From assembly GCF_004010195.1 (NCBI RefSeq), contig NC_057751.1, forward strand, positions 513,248 to 577,247: a stretch of 64,000 nucleotides of DNA, read 5' to 3'. Source of the DNA: Chiloscyllium plagiosum. Taxonomy: Eukaryota. How positions within the stretch are numbered: position 1 is the stretch's first letter; the number at the start of each line of letters is the position of its first letter. The position numbers were made by a program, and so were the translations under genes. Positions 37,743-51,136 of this stretch are shown in pieces. The notes under the pieces were generated by a model. That model did no database searches. It had not been told where the DNA came from and saw only the letters and a program-made list of their open reading frames with translations.

Positions 37743-37803
37743 AATAAAGGTGTTTTTCTTGGGGATCCTGGTCTTCCTGTTTGTATTTGTATGTAGGAAT
37801 AAA
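37743..37803 (+). terminator. DBNL: Tandem AATAAA polyadenylation signals of DBNL (37743-37748 and 37798-37803); implied 3' UTR about 1.45-1.5 kb
   Basis: AATAAA followed by GT/T-rich sequence, at the end of a largely repeat-free stretch after the stop codon. Confidence 0.65.
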
Positions 37804-38954
37804 AAGCAATGAGGTGAAAATTCTGTGCTCTGCTCCTCTCATGAGTAGATATTCCCAAAGTTAATCTGTGTCCTGTATGTTCTTCAAGGAGTTTGAATAT
37901 TATAAAATCTATTGCACTGTGATATTGCAGGCCAACGTGTCATTCATTGTCTGAACATTTACTACACTGCTTTTAGAAGTTTCTTTGTATCTGAAGACTG
38001 GGCTGTCACTTTTCTGACATTGCTGATAGTTCTGTCAGTATTTCCTAGCAGCAAAGCACTCTGGGGCGACTCTGTTGTGATTGAGGAATACATACATCAG
38101 AAAATGTCTGCTCATATACAAAATGATGTCAAGGGGGACAACTGCCAGAGTGCAGGTGGTTTGAGAGACACTGCTGCAAGTGCAGCATTCCACTAGTATG
38201 GCACAGTGTGTAAAGACGGAATGTGAATGCAATCTCCTGAAGTTAGTGTATGTCCCTTCTTTCCCCCCCCCCCCCCCTCCCCGGCTCGCCCTCAAACTGA
38301 ATCATGATCAGTTGTGATATCATGTGGGTAATTATGACAATATCATTGATTTGCAGAACTCCAGCCACGATCGTGCTTCAATGCTGTAAAAGCCCTAACC
38401 ACTTGGTCAGTTACACTGTTTGTTTGTCACTGCTTCCATATTGGAAAGAGACTGGCTGATGGGCCTACCTAGTGATGGCCTGAAATGCTACAGCAAAGGA
38501 AGTTGTACTGGTTGCAGCTCTTCAGCACACCACCTCCCCATTAAATTAAACAAGGTGCCCTTTTGTCTTATGGCAGGCAGTGTCCAATGGAAAGCCTGAC
38601 TTTTGGAAGCAGAAACTCTGAGGTCTTGTTTACTGAGGCTTCTGCCAAACTGATTTTGTTTTTATTATTATTCATTCAGAAGATTTGGGCATTGCTGGCT
38701 GGGCCAGCATTTACTGCCCATCCCCAATTGCTGAGAGGGCAGTTAAGGATCAACCACATTGCAGTGGGTTTGGAATCTCACAAAGACCGGATCAGTTAAT
38801 GGTGGCAGATTTCCTTCCCGAAAGGACTGATCTTTCCAACAATTGGCTGTGGTTTCATGGTTATCATTAGACTCTTCCATTTTTAAAATTTCCACTGTCT
38901 GCCATGATTGGATTTGAACACGAGCCCCCAGAACTTTAGCTGGCTTCCCTCTTG

Positions 38955-40490
38955 ATAGAGTTATAGAGTCCTACAGCACCGAAACAAGCCCTTTGTCCAA
39001 ACTGGTCCATGCTGATCAAAATATCCATCCACATGAAGCCCGTTTCCCTGTACTTAGCCCATGTCCTTCTAAATTGTTCCTATCTATGTACTTGTCCAAA
39101 TGCCTTTTAATGTTAATGTAACTGGCAGTTCATTGTGTACCACCCTCTGTTGAAAAAAGAAGCCCCTCAGGTTCCCATTTACTTTTCCACCTTTCAGCTT
39201 AAAGTGATGCCCTCGATTCCCCAACCCTGGGAACAAGACAGAGTGCATTCACCTCCTCCATGACTCTGGTGATCTTAGACACTTCTATAAGATCCCTTCT
39301 CAGTCACCGACACTCTGAAGAAAAAGGTCCAAGCTTGTCCAACCTCTCTGGCAACATCCTTGTAAATTTCTATTGCACTCTTTCCAGTTTAATAACATCC
39401 TTCCTACGGCAAGGTGACCAAAACTGAACACAATACTCTAAGTATGGCCTTACCAACATCCAGTATAACTGCAACATAACTTCCCAACTTATTTACTGCA
39501 TGCCCTGACTGATGATGTTCAGTGTGCCAAAAACCTCCTTCACTGCCCTGTCTACCTATAAATCCACTTCAGTGAACCTGAACTTCAAGGTCCCTCTGTT
39601 CCACTACACTCCTTAAGGCCCTACCATTCACCATGAAACTCTGACCTTAATTTGACTTGCCAAAATGCAATACCTCACACATTAAACTCCATTTACAATT
39701 TCTCGGCCCACTTCCCCAGCTGAACAAGGTCCTGCTGCAAATTCTGATAACCTTCCTCACTGTTGACGATTCTGCCTATTTTAGTATCTGCTGCAAACTT
39801 AGTAATCATGCCTTGTACACTCTCATCCAAACCATTGATAAAGATAACAAACTGCAATGGGCCCAGCACCAACCCCTGATGCATTCCACTACTGACAGGC
39901 CTCCAGTTTGACAACCATCCTTCCACTATTATCCTCTACTTCTTACCCTCAAGCCAGTAGTGTATCCAATTTGCCAGCTCTCCCTGGATTCCATGCAATG
40001 TAACCTTCCTGAACAGCCTACCAGCTGGAACCTTATCAAAAGTCTTAGTGAAATCTGTCTACCAACCTGTTCTTATCACTTCATCCTGATCACTTCATCA
40101 AAGAACTCTTAATTAATTTGTGAGGCATGATCTCCCACTCACAAAGCCATGCTGACTACTAATCAAACCCCATCTTTCCAAATGCATGTATACCATATCT
40201 CCGAATCTTCTCAAGTAACTGACCTATCCCAGATTGGTCTATTGTTCCCAGGCTTTTCTTTGTAGCCTTTCTTGAATAAGGGCATAATGTTTGCTACCCT
40301 CCAGTCTTTTGGGACCTCACCCATGGCGAATGATGATGGAAAAATATCAGCCAGGGTGCCTATAATTTCTTCTCTAGCTTCTTGCAGTGTTCTTGGATAT
40401 ATTTGGTCAGGGCCAGGAGATTCATCCACCCTCATGCTTTCTAATCCTTCCAACATCACCTCTAATCTAATATGGACTGCCCCCATGTAA
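38955..40490 (-). mobile_element. CR1 LINE ORF2 fragment
   Basis: SPGPDQIYPRTL...VPKDWRVANIMPLFKKG; QGLVLGPLQFVIFING...KFAADTKIG. Confidence 0.88.
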
Positions 40491-42569
40491 TGCACAAACT
40501 CTGCACAAGAGAGCAGTACAAGGCCAATCAGAAGCAAGCAGCAAGATGGATGATGCCAAATGCAAAGAAGTGCTGGAGAAACTGAGCAGGTCTGACAGCA
40601 CCTGTAGAGAAAAGAACACAGTTAATCTTACTCTTCCCTGATGCTGCCAGACCTGCTCAGTTTCTGCAGCACTTTGGAGACAGGTAAGCTGAAATAAAAA
40701 CCTGGTTCTTGAGGATAGACTGGGAATTGTGTGTTTTTGGTGTTCTGTTTGTAAAGTTACACCTTGTGTTGAGGCGTGCCTAGTTTGTGCAGGAGCTTAT
40801 TCTAGCTGTGCGTACTGGGTAGCAGCAGCTGCGACTTGCACTGTGTTCAGTGGTCTTTGTGATTCAGATTATATCTACTGCAACTCTTAAAAGCTGATGG
40901 CTGTATGCAAAATCCTCAGCTGAAACCACAGATGCAATTCAAATGAAGACTCTCACTGCATCTTCTGACCTCCATGTCAACTTAAAAGATGAAAAAGGAC
41001 AGTAAGTTTCTGTCAAACTCATTACACAGCCTGGTGCACTGGAATCCAAAACCATGTTTCTTGGATTTGCAATAGGGTGGTTGAAGCCAGAGATAAAGGT
41101 TTCCAAGTACAGCCAGTACCATGCAAATTTGTAGAGAGCTTCATTCTTTAATGTTTTTATTAAAGAAAAGAAAATGCGAAAGGCTGTTGCTTCAAACCTT
41201 AAAAGTTACCACTGATCTTGTTGAATAACTCAATCAACAGAACAACAAAAAGCACTTTACTGCCACTGCTGGAAATGAAAAATAAAACCAAAAAAGCAGT
41301 TCAACTCAAGCAGCATCTGCAGTCAGAGAAACAGAGTCTGTTGTCTTGAGTCAAGATCCTTTCTCCTGAGTGGTTCACTGTCTGCACAGATACTACCAGA
41401 CCTGTTGAGCTTTTCGACATTTTCTGTTTTTGCATTCATAACATGCTTTGCTTTTTGAAATCTGTAACTGTCACTTCCTCTGTCTAATTAATTGCAATGT
41501 GAATTTGATTAGAATTCCTGCCCCATCTAAGATCCCTACAGGCAAAAAAAAGACAATTTATTTCTGCATTAGTGCAACACAGAGGTCATGACACAATTCT
41601 CTTGCAAGAGTGCGGTTGGTATTTTCAAGTGTATGTGTCTGCTCAGATTCAGTTACAGAGCCTTCAGGATAGGTCCTAATTTGTTTGTCTCTTATTCCCT
41701 TTGAAAATGAAAGCCATACAGATCCCTTATTTTCTAAAGACAAAATAATTTCATGCCTTAATCAAAATGTTAAATAGCTGTCAATTTTGATTATTCACTT
41801 TGGCTATGGTCTTGGTTGGCTTTACTTCCCAACTCAAATTGCCTTTGAGTTAAATGGTGCTGAGCTGCCCTCTTGAATTGCTGAAGTCCATTTGAACCAA
41901 GAGTTCATGAATATCAATTTAGAATCCATCTTAGATTATTCAGCCCTCCTAACGCACTCTTGTATTGAAATCCTCATTCTGCTCCTTCAGTGCAGCATCT
42001 GCATGCCTCATGAATGATTCCAGAACTTTCTTCGATCCGTTGTTTTCTGATACTGTTGCAGCATAACACTTGCCAACTCAAGACTTGGTATATGCTTGGA
42101 GGGTTAATCATTTAATCTTTGTCCACCCCAAACTGCTGCCAGTGGCACGCTGCAGCACAAAACATGTAGCCATGTGTGCACAGCAAGATCCCACATGCAG
42201 CACTATAATCAGATAACCGTGAAGCTCTGCAAGGCAGGTGGAAAGCTGTAAAGAGAAATACTTCAAGTCATTAAGCCTTTATCAGAGCTCAGGGGGAAGC
42301 TGGTGGTGAGGGAAAGTTGAGAACATAGGCTGATAATGAGACTGAGGCAAATACAATACAAGACAGCAAAAAACTGGAGGATAGCTGTTTTCTAATCAAT
42401 CTGTTCAAAGATGGTATAAAACACCTTAGGGATAAATGGGACTTGAATCTGGCCCTCCTGGTTCAGAGGGAGGGACTCTGCCATAGTACCACAAGAGTTC
42501 AGGAACTGAAGGATATATTGATAGGAGTTTAGTGAGGAGAGGCTTGTGTGCAGAATGAGTGCTGACATC

Positions 42570-42820
42570 TCGCCTCAGGCGACTGACTGTGTGGAGTTTG
42601 CACGTTCTCCCAGTGTCTGCGTGGGTTTCCTCCGGGTGCTCCAGTTTCCTCCCACAGTCCAAAGATGTGCAGGTCAGGTGAATTGGCCATGCTAAATTGC
42701 CCGTAGGGTTATGTAAGGGGTAAATGTAGAGGTATGGGTGGGTTGCGCTTCGGCGGGGCGGTGTGGACTTGTTGGGCCGAAGGGCCTGTTTCCACGCTGT
42801 AATGTAATCTAATCTAATCT
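42570..42820 (+). mobile_element. 5'-truncated HE1-type SINE
   Basis: Starts at cgcctcaggcgact; (AATCT)n tail. Confidence 0.9.
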
Positions 42821-44108
42821 CAGGTGATGAAAGGCTGAGTGGCCTACTAATATCGATGACATGGAGCCATCTTTGCATGCCACAAATTCAGTGTTGATCT
42901 CTGCAACCTCTGTCTTTTACTCCGATCTTAAAATTGGAAAAGAAGGAAAACACTGAGGATGTTAGAAACTTGAAGTAAAACAAGAAAATGTTGGAGAAAC
43001 TCAGCAGGTCTTACAGTATCTGTGGAGAGAGAGAGAGCACGTGTTAACGAATATGACCCTTCTTGACAAGTTCCAAAGGTGAGCCACAAGGTTAACTCTG
43101 TTTCTGTCTCCAGAGAAGCTCTCAATCCCAAAGTCCGACCTGCATTCGTCGACTGTAATATGAGATTTGGTAATAAAGCTTCCCACAGTTCTGAAGGGCT
43201 GGGTATTAGTTCTGTGAGCAACACAGGGTGATTTTGAAGATATTTGAAACTAACAGTACTCTCAGAATCGGACTGCGTCATAAAAACCACAGCACAGTTC
43301 CTGGAATCCTTTGGAAACAGTTGCTGAAATTTTAGGGGGTTCCCCCTTCTTGCATGTTTTGCAGTTCTGAGAATGAAGCCTGCCTCTTTATTTCAGTGGG
43401 AAAGGCATTTTTGAATGAAATATTTGTCAAAATAATAAAAAGTACCTTGATAAATTGACACAAAACAAGAGCTGGCGGAAAATCTTATGGCTAGCAAAAA
43501 CATGTCATAATAATTAAAGCAACTCATTCAGTCTCTCTTTCCCCCCAGGAGATTACAAATATTTAGGACCAGTTGTGATCTAAGTTAGAAAAAGTTTTCA
43601 AGGTAACCTCGAAAGCTGAATTGTGCAAGGCACGTTTTTATATTCGTCTGAAGTCAGGTTAGTTGTTTCTCAGCCACACATGCAGTAATTACTGCAACAT
43701 GCACCGGTCAGGAATTCAGGAGCAAAGTATTGACCCAGATAGCACAAAGAAATTACTTGGACACAAGGCTGAGTGCCCTTGAACTTCTGGGTGACTGCAA
43801 GGCCACATGTATCAAGGGATAAAGTGCAAAAGTGGTCAGGTAAACAGATTTGTGAAATATTGGGAAGTTGAGGGCTGAGGAACTCCAAAAAGGAATTGAA
43901 GCCTGGAGCAGATTGGCCATGTTCTGATAGAATGGTGATGCAAGCTTGAGGGGCTGAATGGCCTTCTGCCACTACTGTTTCTAATGAGATCATCACCAGC
44001 CACTATCTAACTGAATGGCAGAGCTGACTCAAAGAACTGGTGGTCTTTCCCTGTTCTAGTGCTCATTAAATAATTAGTACAGGAAGTAAAAATGGAGAAA
44101 TTCTTTTT

Positions 44109-44421
44109 TAGATTAGATTACTTACAGTGTGGAAACAGGTCCTTCGGCCCAACAAGTCCACACCGACTGTCCGAAGCGCACCCACCCAGACCCATTCCCC
44201 TACATTTACCCCTGCACCTAACTCTACAGGCAATTTAGCATGGCCAATTCACCTAACCTGCACATTTTTGGTCTGTGGGAGGAAACCGGAGCACCCAGAG
44301 GAAACCCATGCAGACACGGGGAGAATGTGCAAACTCCACACAGTCTCCTGAGGTGGGAAATGAACGCGGGTCTCTGGCGCTGTGAGGCAGCAGTGCTAAC
44401 CACTGTGCCACCGTGCCACCC
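44109..44421 (-). mobile_element. HE1-type SINE
   Basis: Full-length reverse copy. Confidence 0.9.
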
Positions 44422-46715
44422 ACAAATGTGACCTTCGATAAGCATGAGCAGGACATAGACTTTCCAATGAGAAAGTTACTGAAGCAGATGAGGATGCTAA
44501 CAAAGTCACTGAGGGAACAGCTAAGCCAGGTATTCCAGGGCAGACTTCATGTTAATAAAAGGTGAGAAGAGAAAGATTTAAAAAGGACCTGAGAGAGTAG
44601 ATCTTTCATATAGAGGAGGTTGCAGGTATGGAACGAGACCGAGGGGAAAAAGTGGAGGTGGGTACCATTACAATATTTAAACAAGATCCGGATGGGCATA
44701 TGAATTGGAAGGGTTCAAAGGGAAATGGACCAAATGGTGGCAGTTGGACTAGGTCAGATTGGGATCTCGGATTGTCACAGTCAAGTTGGACGAAAGGATC
44801 TGGTTTTGTGCTGTACATCTCTATGATTCTATAACTCTAATATCTGTCAGTGAGGTTAGACGCAAGTCAAATGACAAAGACAAATGCAGGATCGAGGGGA
44901 GTGTCTGACTGGTTTCTGAAGACAGATGACTGCCATTCTTACATGGGTCTAGCTTGCTCTGATGAGCCCAAGAACACAGGAAGTTGTGAAACACGTTCTA
45001 TGAAGAGCATGGGAATTTTCCCCAGTACCCTGGGAGCCAACATTGATCCCTCAACCAAAATGACAAATGTGCAATACCTTGTCATGACCCTGCTTCCCTT
45101 TGTCAGAGTTTGCTGTGTGCAAACTGTTTGCCGTATCAACAAATTTTAAAAAGTGACCACATTTCAAAAATACTTCCTTGACTTTCTCTTTTTTTTGAAT
45201 GAACTTCAGTTTGCTCACAGCTGCCTGAAAGCCCACAGTTAAGAGGCAGCTAGTATGGAAAAGGAAGAAAGAATTGCATTTATATAGCATCTTATGTGAC
45301 CACAGGAAGTTCTGAAGTAATTTGCAACTAATTAAGTACTTAAGAGTGTGGTTACACTTTTCACAAACATGGCAACCGGTTCAAGAACAACAAGCACCCA
45401 CAAACAGTGAGGAAATAAATGATTAGTTAACTTTTTAGTGTTGTTCATTGAGTGGCAAATATGAACAGCTCACCAGAAAACCTCCATGTCCTTCACATAT
45501 TGCCATGGGATCGGTTATGTCCACCTGACTAAGGACTAAGGACACTTGGTTAACTGTACCTTCTGAAAGATGGATAAGAGCACAGCAGGATTTTTCCAAG
45601 GCTCAGGTAATATTTGACTGACATTTGGAAGAGGCCCGTCTTTACCTGAAATTAATTAAAAACCTACTGTTTGCTCAGCACAATCACTTTGCTCATTCCT
45701 GTCATTTGATCTTCTAACTGTAAATCACACAGACCAAATTACTCACAGTGACACAGTTCCCATCTCAGTCATCTTATGTCCAAATAATCTGTCACCTTTG
45801 AACACAACACCAATAGTTAACAACTTTATGCAACAACAGCTCATTTAAACGGCGTCTTCCTGAAGCAAGTGCTCTCAAACAAAATGTGACACTGAGCTTC
45901 ACAAGGAGCCACACAAGGATAAGTGACTGAGAGCTGATCGGAAGAGTGGGTTTTAAAGAACATCTGTGAAAAGGTGACATAGATGGTGAGGTTTAAGTAG
46001 TGAAGTTTAGAGCTCAAGGAATAGATAGCTCAAGGCTTGTTCACTGATGGTGGAGGGATTAAAATCAAAGATGCTCAAGAAGTCAGGATACGGAGCATAG
46101 AAATTCCAAAGACTTATGAAAAATATATTATTCTTCAGTAATGGGGGAAAGGAATAAGATTTTGATAAAACACTGCTCCATGCTACACCACTCCACTCTC
46201 ATAAAGCTCAGAATGAATATGAAATTCCTTCAAGTTTAGACAGGTAGAATGCCAAGGAAGAGACGATGATGAAAGGTCAAAGATGGTATACCATTTGGAG
46301 AGGGAGCATTTGAAAAGTAGTGCACAGTATGTCTGAATGAAGAACCTTGGGTAGGTTGATACAGATAACCAGGCCTGAATAACAATGGATATCTTAATGG
46401 CTGATTTATGTTTAGATTAAGAACTGCTCCTGATGCCCTTCACACCCAGAAATTGACATGATGCCCCCTAGAAGGAAGTAGTTGGTTCAGCTGGACTGAG
46501 ACAGAAACACTGTGATTCCATTTTTAGACTAGAACACTCACAGTGACAGTGTTTTGGTAATGAGAGTTCACTGACACCAATTGAACAGTGTACAATAAGG
46601 TCAGCAAACAGGAGGATGGAGAGTGCACAAAAACTTTTATGGCTTTGGCACATTCCCAAAGGTCACTTTTTAGCCAATGAAGTGTTTCCTGGGGTAGTAA
46701 CTGTTCTAATACAGC

Positions 46716-46841
46716 CATGATTTGGAGATGCCAGTGTTGGACTGGGGTGTACAAAGTTGGATGAAGGAGCGACGCTCCGAAAGCTAGTGTGCTTCCAGTT
46801 AAACCTGTTGGACTATAACCTGGTGTTGTGTGATTTTGAAC
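46716..46841. mobile_element. Minimal PLE family B insertion (inverted tail plus 5'-clipped hammerhead pLTR)
   Basis: TSD ttctaatacagc at 46704-46715 and 46842-46853; GAUGA-A-GGAGC-GAC-GCUCC-GAAAGCUA. Confidence 0.8.
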
Positions 46842-49420
46842 TTCTAATACAGCAGTCTGCATCACTGGAGTTCAACACAATCCTGATCTTCCAAGGACAG
46901 AAAGGTCTCCAGGCATTAGGAAAGGGAATCATGCCAGATTGGGACAACATTCTGGCTTGGGCTGGGAACATTGGTGCCATTCAAGTGCCAGACAATGACC
47001 AACTTTGACCGTAAGGATCGATCATTCAATGGCATCACCATTACTGAACCACCCGGAATCAACTTCCTGGGGGTTTACTATAAACCAGAAACTGAACTGG
47101 ACTGGCTATATAAATACAGTGGCTGCAAGATCAGGTCAGAGGCTAAGGACCCTGCAGTGAGTAGCTCACTTCCTGTATTCTCAAAGCCTGTCAACCATCA
47201 ACAAGGTACAAGTCAGAGTGTGATGGGATACTTCCCACTTGCCTGGATGGGTGCAACTCCAACTTGAAGCTCTCATGAAGCTTGACACCATCCAGAACAA
47301 AGCAGCCCACTTCTCTGGTACTCCATCCACACTACCTTAAGTGTTCAGTGCTCCAAACACAAACTGGCAGCAGTATGTACCATCTACAGAATGTACTGGA
47401 GCAAAAATCATAAAGCCTCCCTCAGCAACACCTCTTGACTATGTGATGTGGAACCTGGGGATTTGATTGCTGGAGAGAGGTCTCAGTCTGACCATGAACA
47501 GAATCTTTCAATTGAGCTTCAAAAATGTGCCTGAAATTGCCCCAAGTCTGGAATTGGGGGATAGACCAAAAATGAGGAGCTGGGGACAGCATAATGAGCT
47601 GTGAGAGGACTGTGGTTTGTGCTGAATTACCTGTTATTGTGTTTTGTTTTCTGATTTTGTGCAGCACACACTCGTTTGCAGGGACAGAATTGTGCACTTT
47701 AAGAACCAAAATAAGCCATTTGGCCCTGATGTAACAGAATATTTCTTAAAAGAAAGCACTCAATATTCCATCAACAACTGAACGGATGCAATAATAAAAA
47801 CGCTCAGTAATTTCAGAAGAGGTTTCAGTGAATATTGAGGTCGGTTTACCGTGTTATGGTATCTGATGTCATTAAGAGGTCTTTTCGTTTGTACAATGCC
47901 AGTCTCTCTCCTATATACTTTACTCCCACACAAGTTTCAGTTTTACTTTCCAAAGCCCCTGTTTCTGAAGTTTACTGTTTCACACTGTGCTCTGTCACAA
48001 AAGCACTGTTGCAAAAAATGAATCACAAGTTCTTTCAAAAGAAACTTCAAATAGTGGTGTGTGGACTGGAAACTGTACAAAATTACAAGATTCCTGGTGC
48101 AGTACTCTTTTGACTATGCATAGGAACTTGTGGCCAGATCTTTCTCTGATGATGCCAATGCGATCTGCAGATAAACTAATATTCAAGTGACCATTGCAAT
48201 TTCACCATCGTGCCAGGGAACTTGGCTTCTAATACACACAGACATTTTCCACACTTCAATTTTGCAATCACTTTTGACACTTCAAAAGTAACACAATCCC
48301 AGAGAGGAACAAAAACTTGAGCTATTGATTGTGTGTATTTTCAATAGCCTTTATTTCTATCCTGTCCCTTGGACATCTTCCTTCTGACATTCATTTCCAC
48401 TGGTGCAGCCTTGCTGCTGGTGACTTATTGAAACAATGAGCTTTGAGGAGCTCAATTTTAACTCCTACCCCGACAGGGATAGGATTGGAGTGAAATATGA
48501 CGTTCAGGCAAAGCTGACCCCACTTCTGCCCCCTACTTTGAAAGTGCAGAGATCACTCCACTGAAAGGTCGGCAAGACCCAAATCACCACATCAACATCT
48601 TCGCTGAATGGCTTCACTAAAGCAGCGACACCTCATACAGACAGAGAGATGTACAGCATAGAAACAGACTCTTCAACTTGTCCATGCCAACCAGATATCT
48701 GAACCTAATCTGCCAGCAGCCGGCCCACATCCCTCTAAACCCTTCCTATTCATATACCCATCCAGATACCTTTTAAATGTTGTCATTGTACCAGCCTCCA
48801 CCACTTCCTCTGGCAGCTCATTCCATACACGTACCACCCTCTGCATGAAAAGGTTGCCCCGTAGATCTCTTTTATATCTTTCCCCTCTCACCCTGAACCT
48901 GTGCCCTCTAGTTCTGGACTCCCCCACCCCAGGGAAAAGATCTTGTCTGTTTAGACTATTCATGCCCCTTATTAGATGAGATTAGATTACTTACAGTGTG
49001 GAAACAGGCCCTTCGGCCCAACAAGTCCACACCCCTCTATAAGGTCACCCCTCAGCCTCCAACGCTCCAGGGAAAACAGCCCCAGCCTATTCAGCCTCTC
49101 CCTACAGCTCGAATCCTCCAACCCTGGCAACATCCTTGTAAATCTTTTCTGAACCCTTTCAAGTTTCACAACATCTTTCCAATAGGAAGGAGACCTGAAT
49201 TGCACACAACATTCCAACAATGGCCGAACCAACGTCCTGTACTGCTGCAACATGACCTCCCAACTCCTGTACACAATGCTATGTCCAATAATGGAAAACA
49301 TACCAAACGCCTTCTTCAGTATCCGATCTACCTGCGACTCCATTTTCAAGGAACGATGACCCTGCACTCCAAGGTCTTTGTTCAGCAACACTCCCCAGGA
49401 CCTTATCGTTCAGTGTATAA

Positions 49421-49630
49421 GGAGAAAGTGAGGACTGAAGATGCTGGAGATCAGAGCTTAAAAATGTGTTGCTGGAAAAGCGCAGCAGGTCAGGCAGCAT
49501 CAAAGGAACAGGAGAATCGGCGTTTCGAGCATAATCCCTTTCTGAAGAAGGGCTTATGCCCGAAACGTCGATTTTCCTGTTCCTTTGATGCTGCCTGACC
49601 TGCTCCACTTTTCCAGCAACACATTTTTAA
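49421..49630. mobile_element. 210-bp fold-back PLE family A insertion in CR1; hammerhead at 49542-49569 (+)
   Basis: TSD gttcagtgtataa at 49408-49420 and 49631-49643; inverted arms. Confidence 0.9.
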
Positions 49631-51022
49631 GTTCAGTGTATAAGCCCTACTCTGATTTGCTTTTCCAAAATACAGCACCTCACATTGATCTGAAACAAAC
49701 TCCATCTGCCACTCCTCAGCCCATTGGCCCATCTGGTCCAGATTCTATTGTAATCTGAGATAACCCTCTTCTCTGTCCGCTATACCTCCAATTTTGGTGT
49801 TATCTGCAAATTTTCTAACTATATCTCCTATGTTCACTTGCAAATCATGCATATAAATGATGAAAAGCAGTGGACGCAGCACCGATCTTTGTGGCGAAGC
49901 ATTGGTCACAGGCCTCCAGTCTGAAAAGCAACCCTCCACCACCATCCTCTGTCTTCTAACCTGGAGCCAAATGGCTAGTTCTCCCTGTATTACATGTAAT
50001 CTAACCTTGCTCACCAGTCTCCCATGGGGAACCTTGTCGAATGCCTTACTGAAGTCCATATAGATCACAACTACTGCTCTGCCCTCATCAACCCTCTTTG
50101 TTACTTCTTCAAAAAATTAAGTTTGTGAGACATGACCTTCCACGCACAAAGCCATGTTGACTGTCCCTAATCAATCCTTGACTTTCCAAATACATGTAAA
50201 TTCTGTCCCTCAGGATTTCTTCCAACAACTTGCCCACCACCGATGTCACCACAGGCTCACCAGTCGATAGTTCCCTGGCTTTTCCTTCCCTCCTTTCTTA
50301 AGTAGCGGCACCATGTTGGCCACTCTCCAGTCTTCCAGCACCTCACTTATGACTATAGATGATACAAATATCACAGCAATGGGCCCAGTAATCTCTTCCC
50401 TAGCTTCCCACAGCATTCTAGGGTACATCTGATCAGGTGCTAGGGATTTGTCCACTTGTATGCATTTCAAGACATCTAGTACCTCCTCCACTGTAATATG
50501 AACATTTTTCAAGATGTCACCATCTATTTCCCCACATTCTGTACCTCCCATGTCCTTCTCCACAGTAAATACTCATGCAAAGTACTTGTTTAGTATCTCC
50601 CCCATTTCCTGTGACTCCACACAAGGGCAGCCTTGCTGATCTTTGAGGGGCCCTATTCTCTCCCTGGTTACCCTTTTGTCCTTAATGTATTTATAAAAAC
50701 ACTTCAGATTCTCCTTAGCCCTAGCTGCCACAGCTATCTCATGTCCCCTTTTTGCCGTCCTGATTTCCCTTTTAAGTATACTCCTACTGCCTTTATATTC
50801 TTCTAAGGATTCACTCAATCTCTGCTGTCTATACTTGTCATAGGCTTTCTTCTTTTTCTTAACCAAAACTTCAATTTCTTTAGTCATCCAGCCTTTCCTT
50901 TCACGCTAACAGGAATATACTGTCTCCGGACTCTTGTTATCTCATTTTTGAAAGCTTCCCATTTTCCAGTCATCCCTTTACCTCTGAACATCTGCTCCCA
51001 ATCATCTTTTGAAAGATCTTGC

Positions 51023-51136
51023 GAGAGAAAGTGAGGACTGCAGATGCTGGAGAGCTTATGCCCAAAACATCTATTCTCCTGCTCTTTGGATGCTGCCTGA
51101 CTTGCTGCACTTTTCCAGCTCCACACTCTCGACTTC
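51023..51136. mobile_element. 114-bp PLE family A insertion (inverted tail plus partial pLTR) in CR1
   Basis: TSD tgaaagatcttgc at 51010-51022 and 51137-51149. Confidence 0.85.

Noticed and set aside
41955..42055. Minus-strand open stretch SENNGSKKVLESFMRHADAALKEQNEDFNTR as an exon
   Set aside because: Poor polypyrimidine tract and no recognisable homology.
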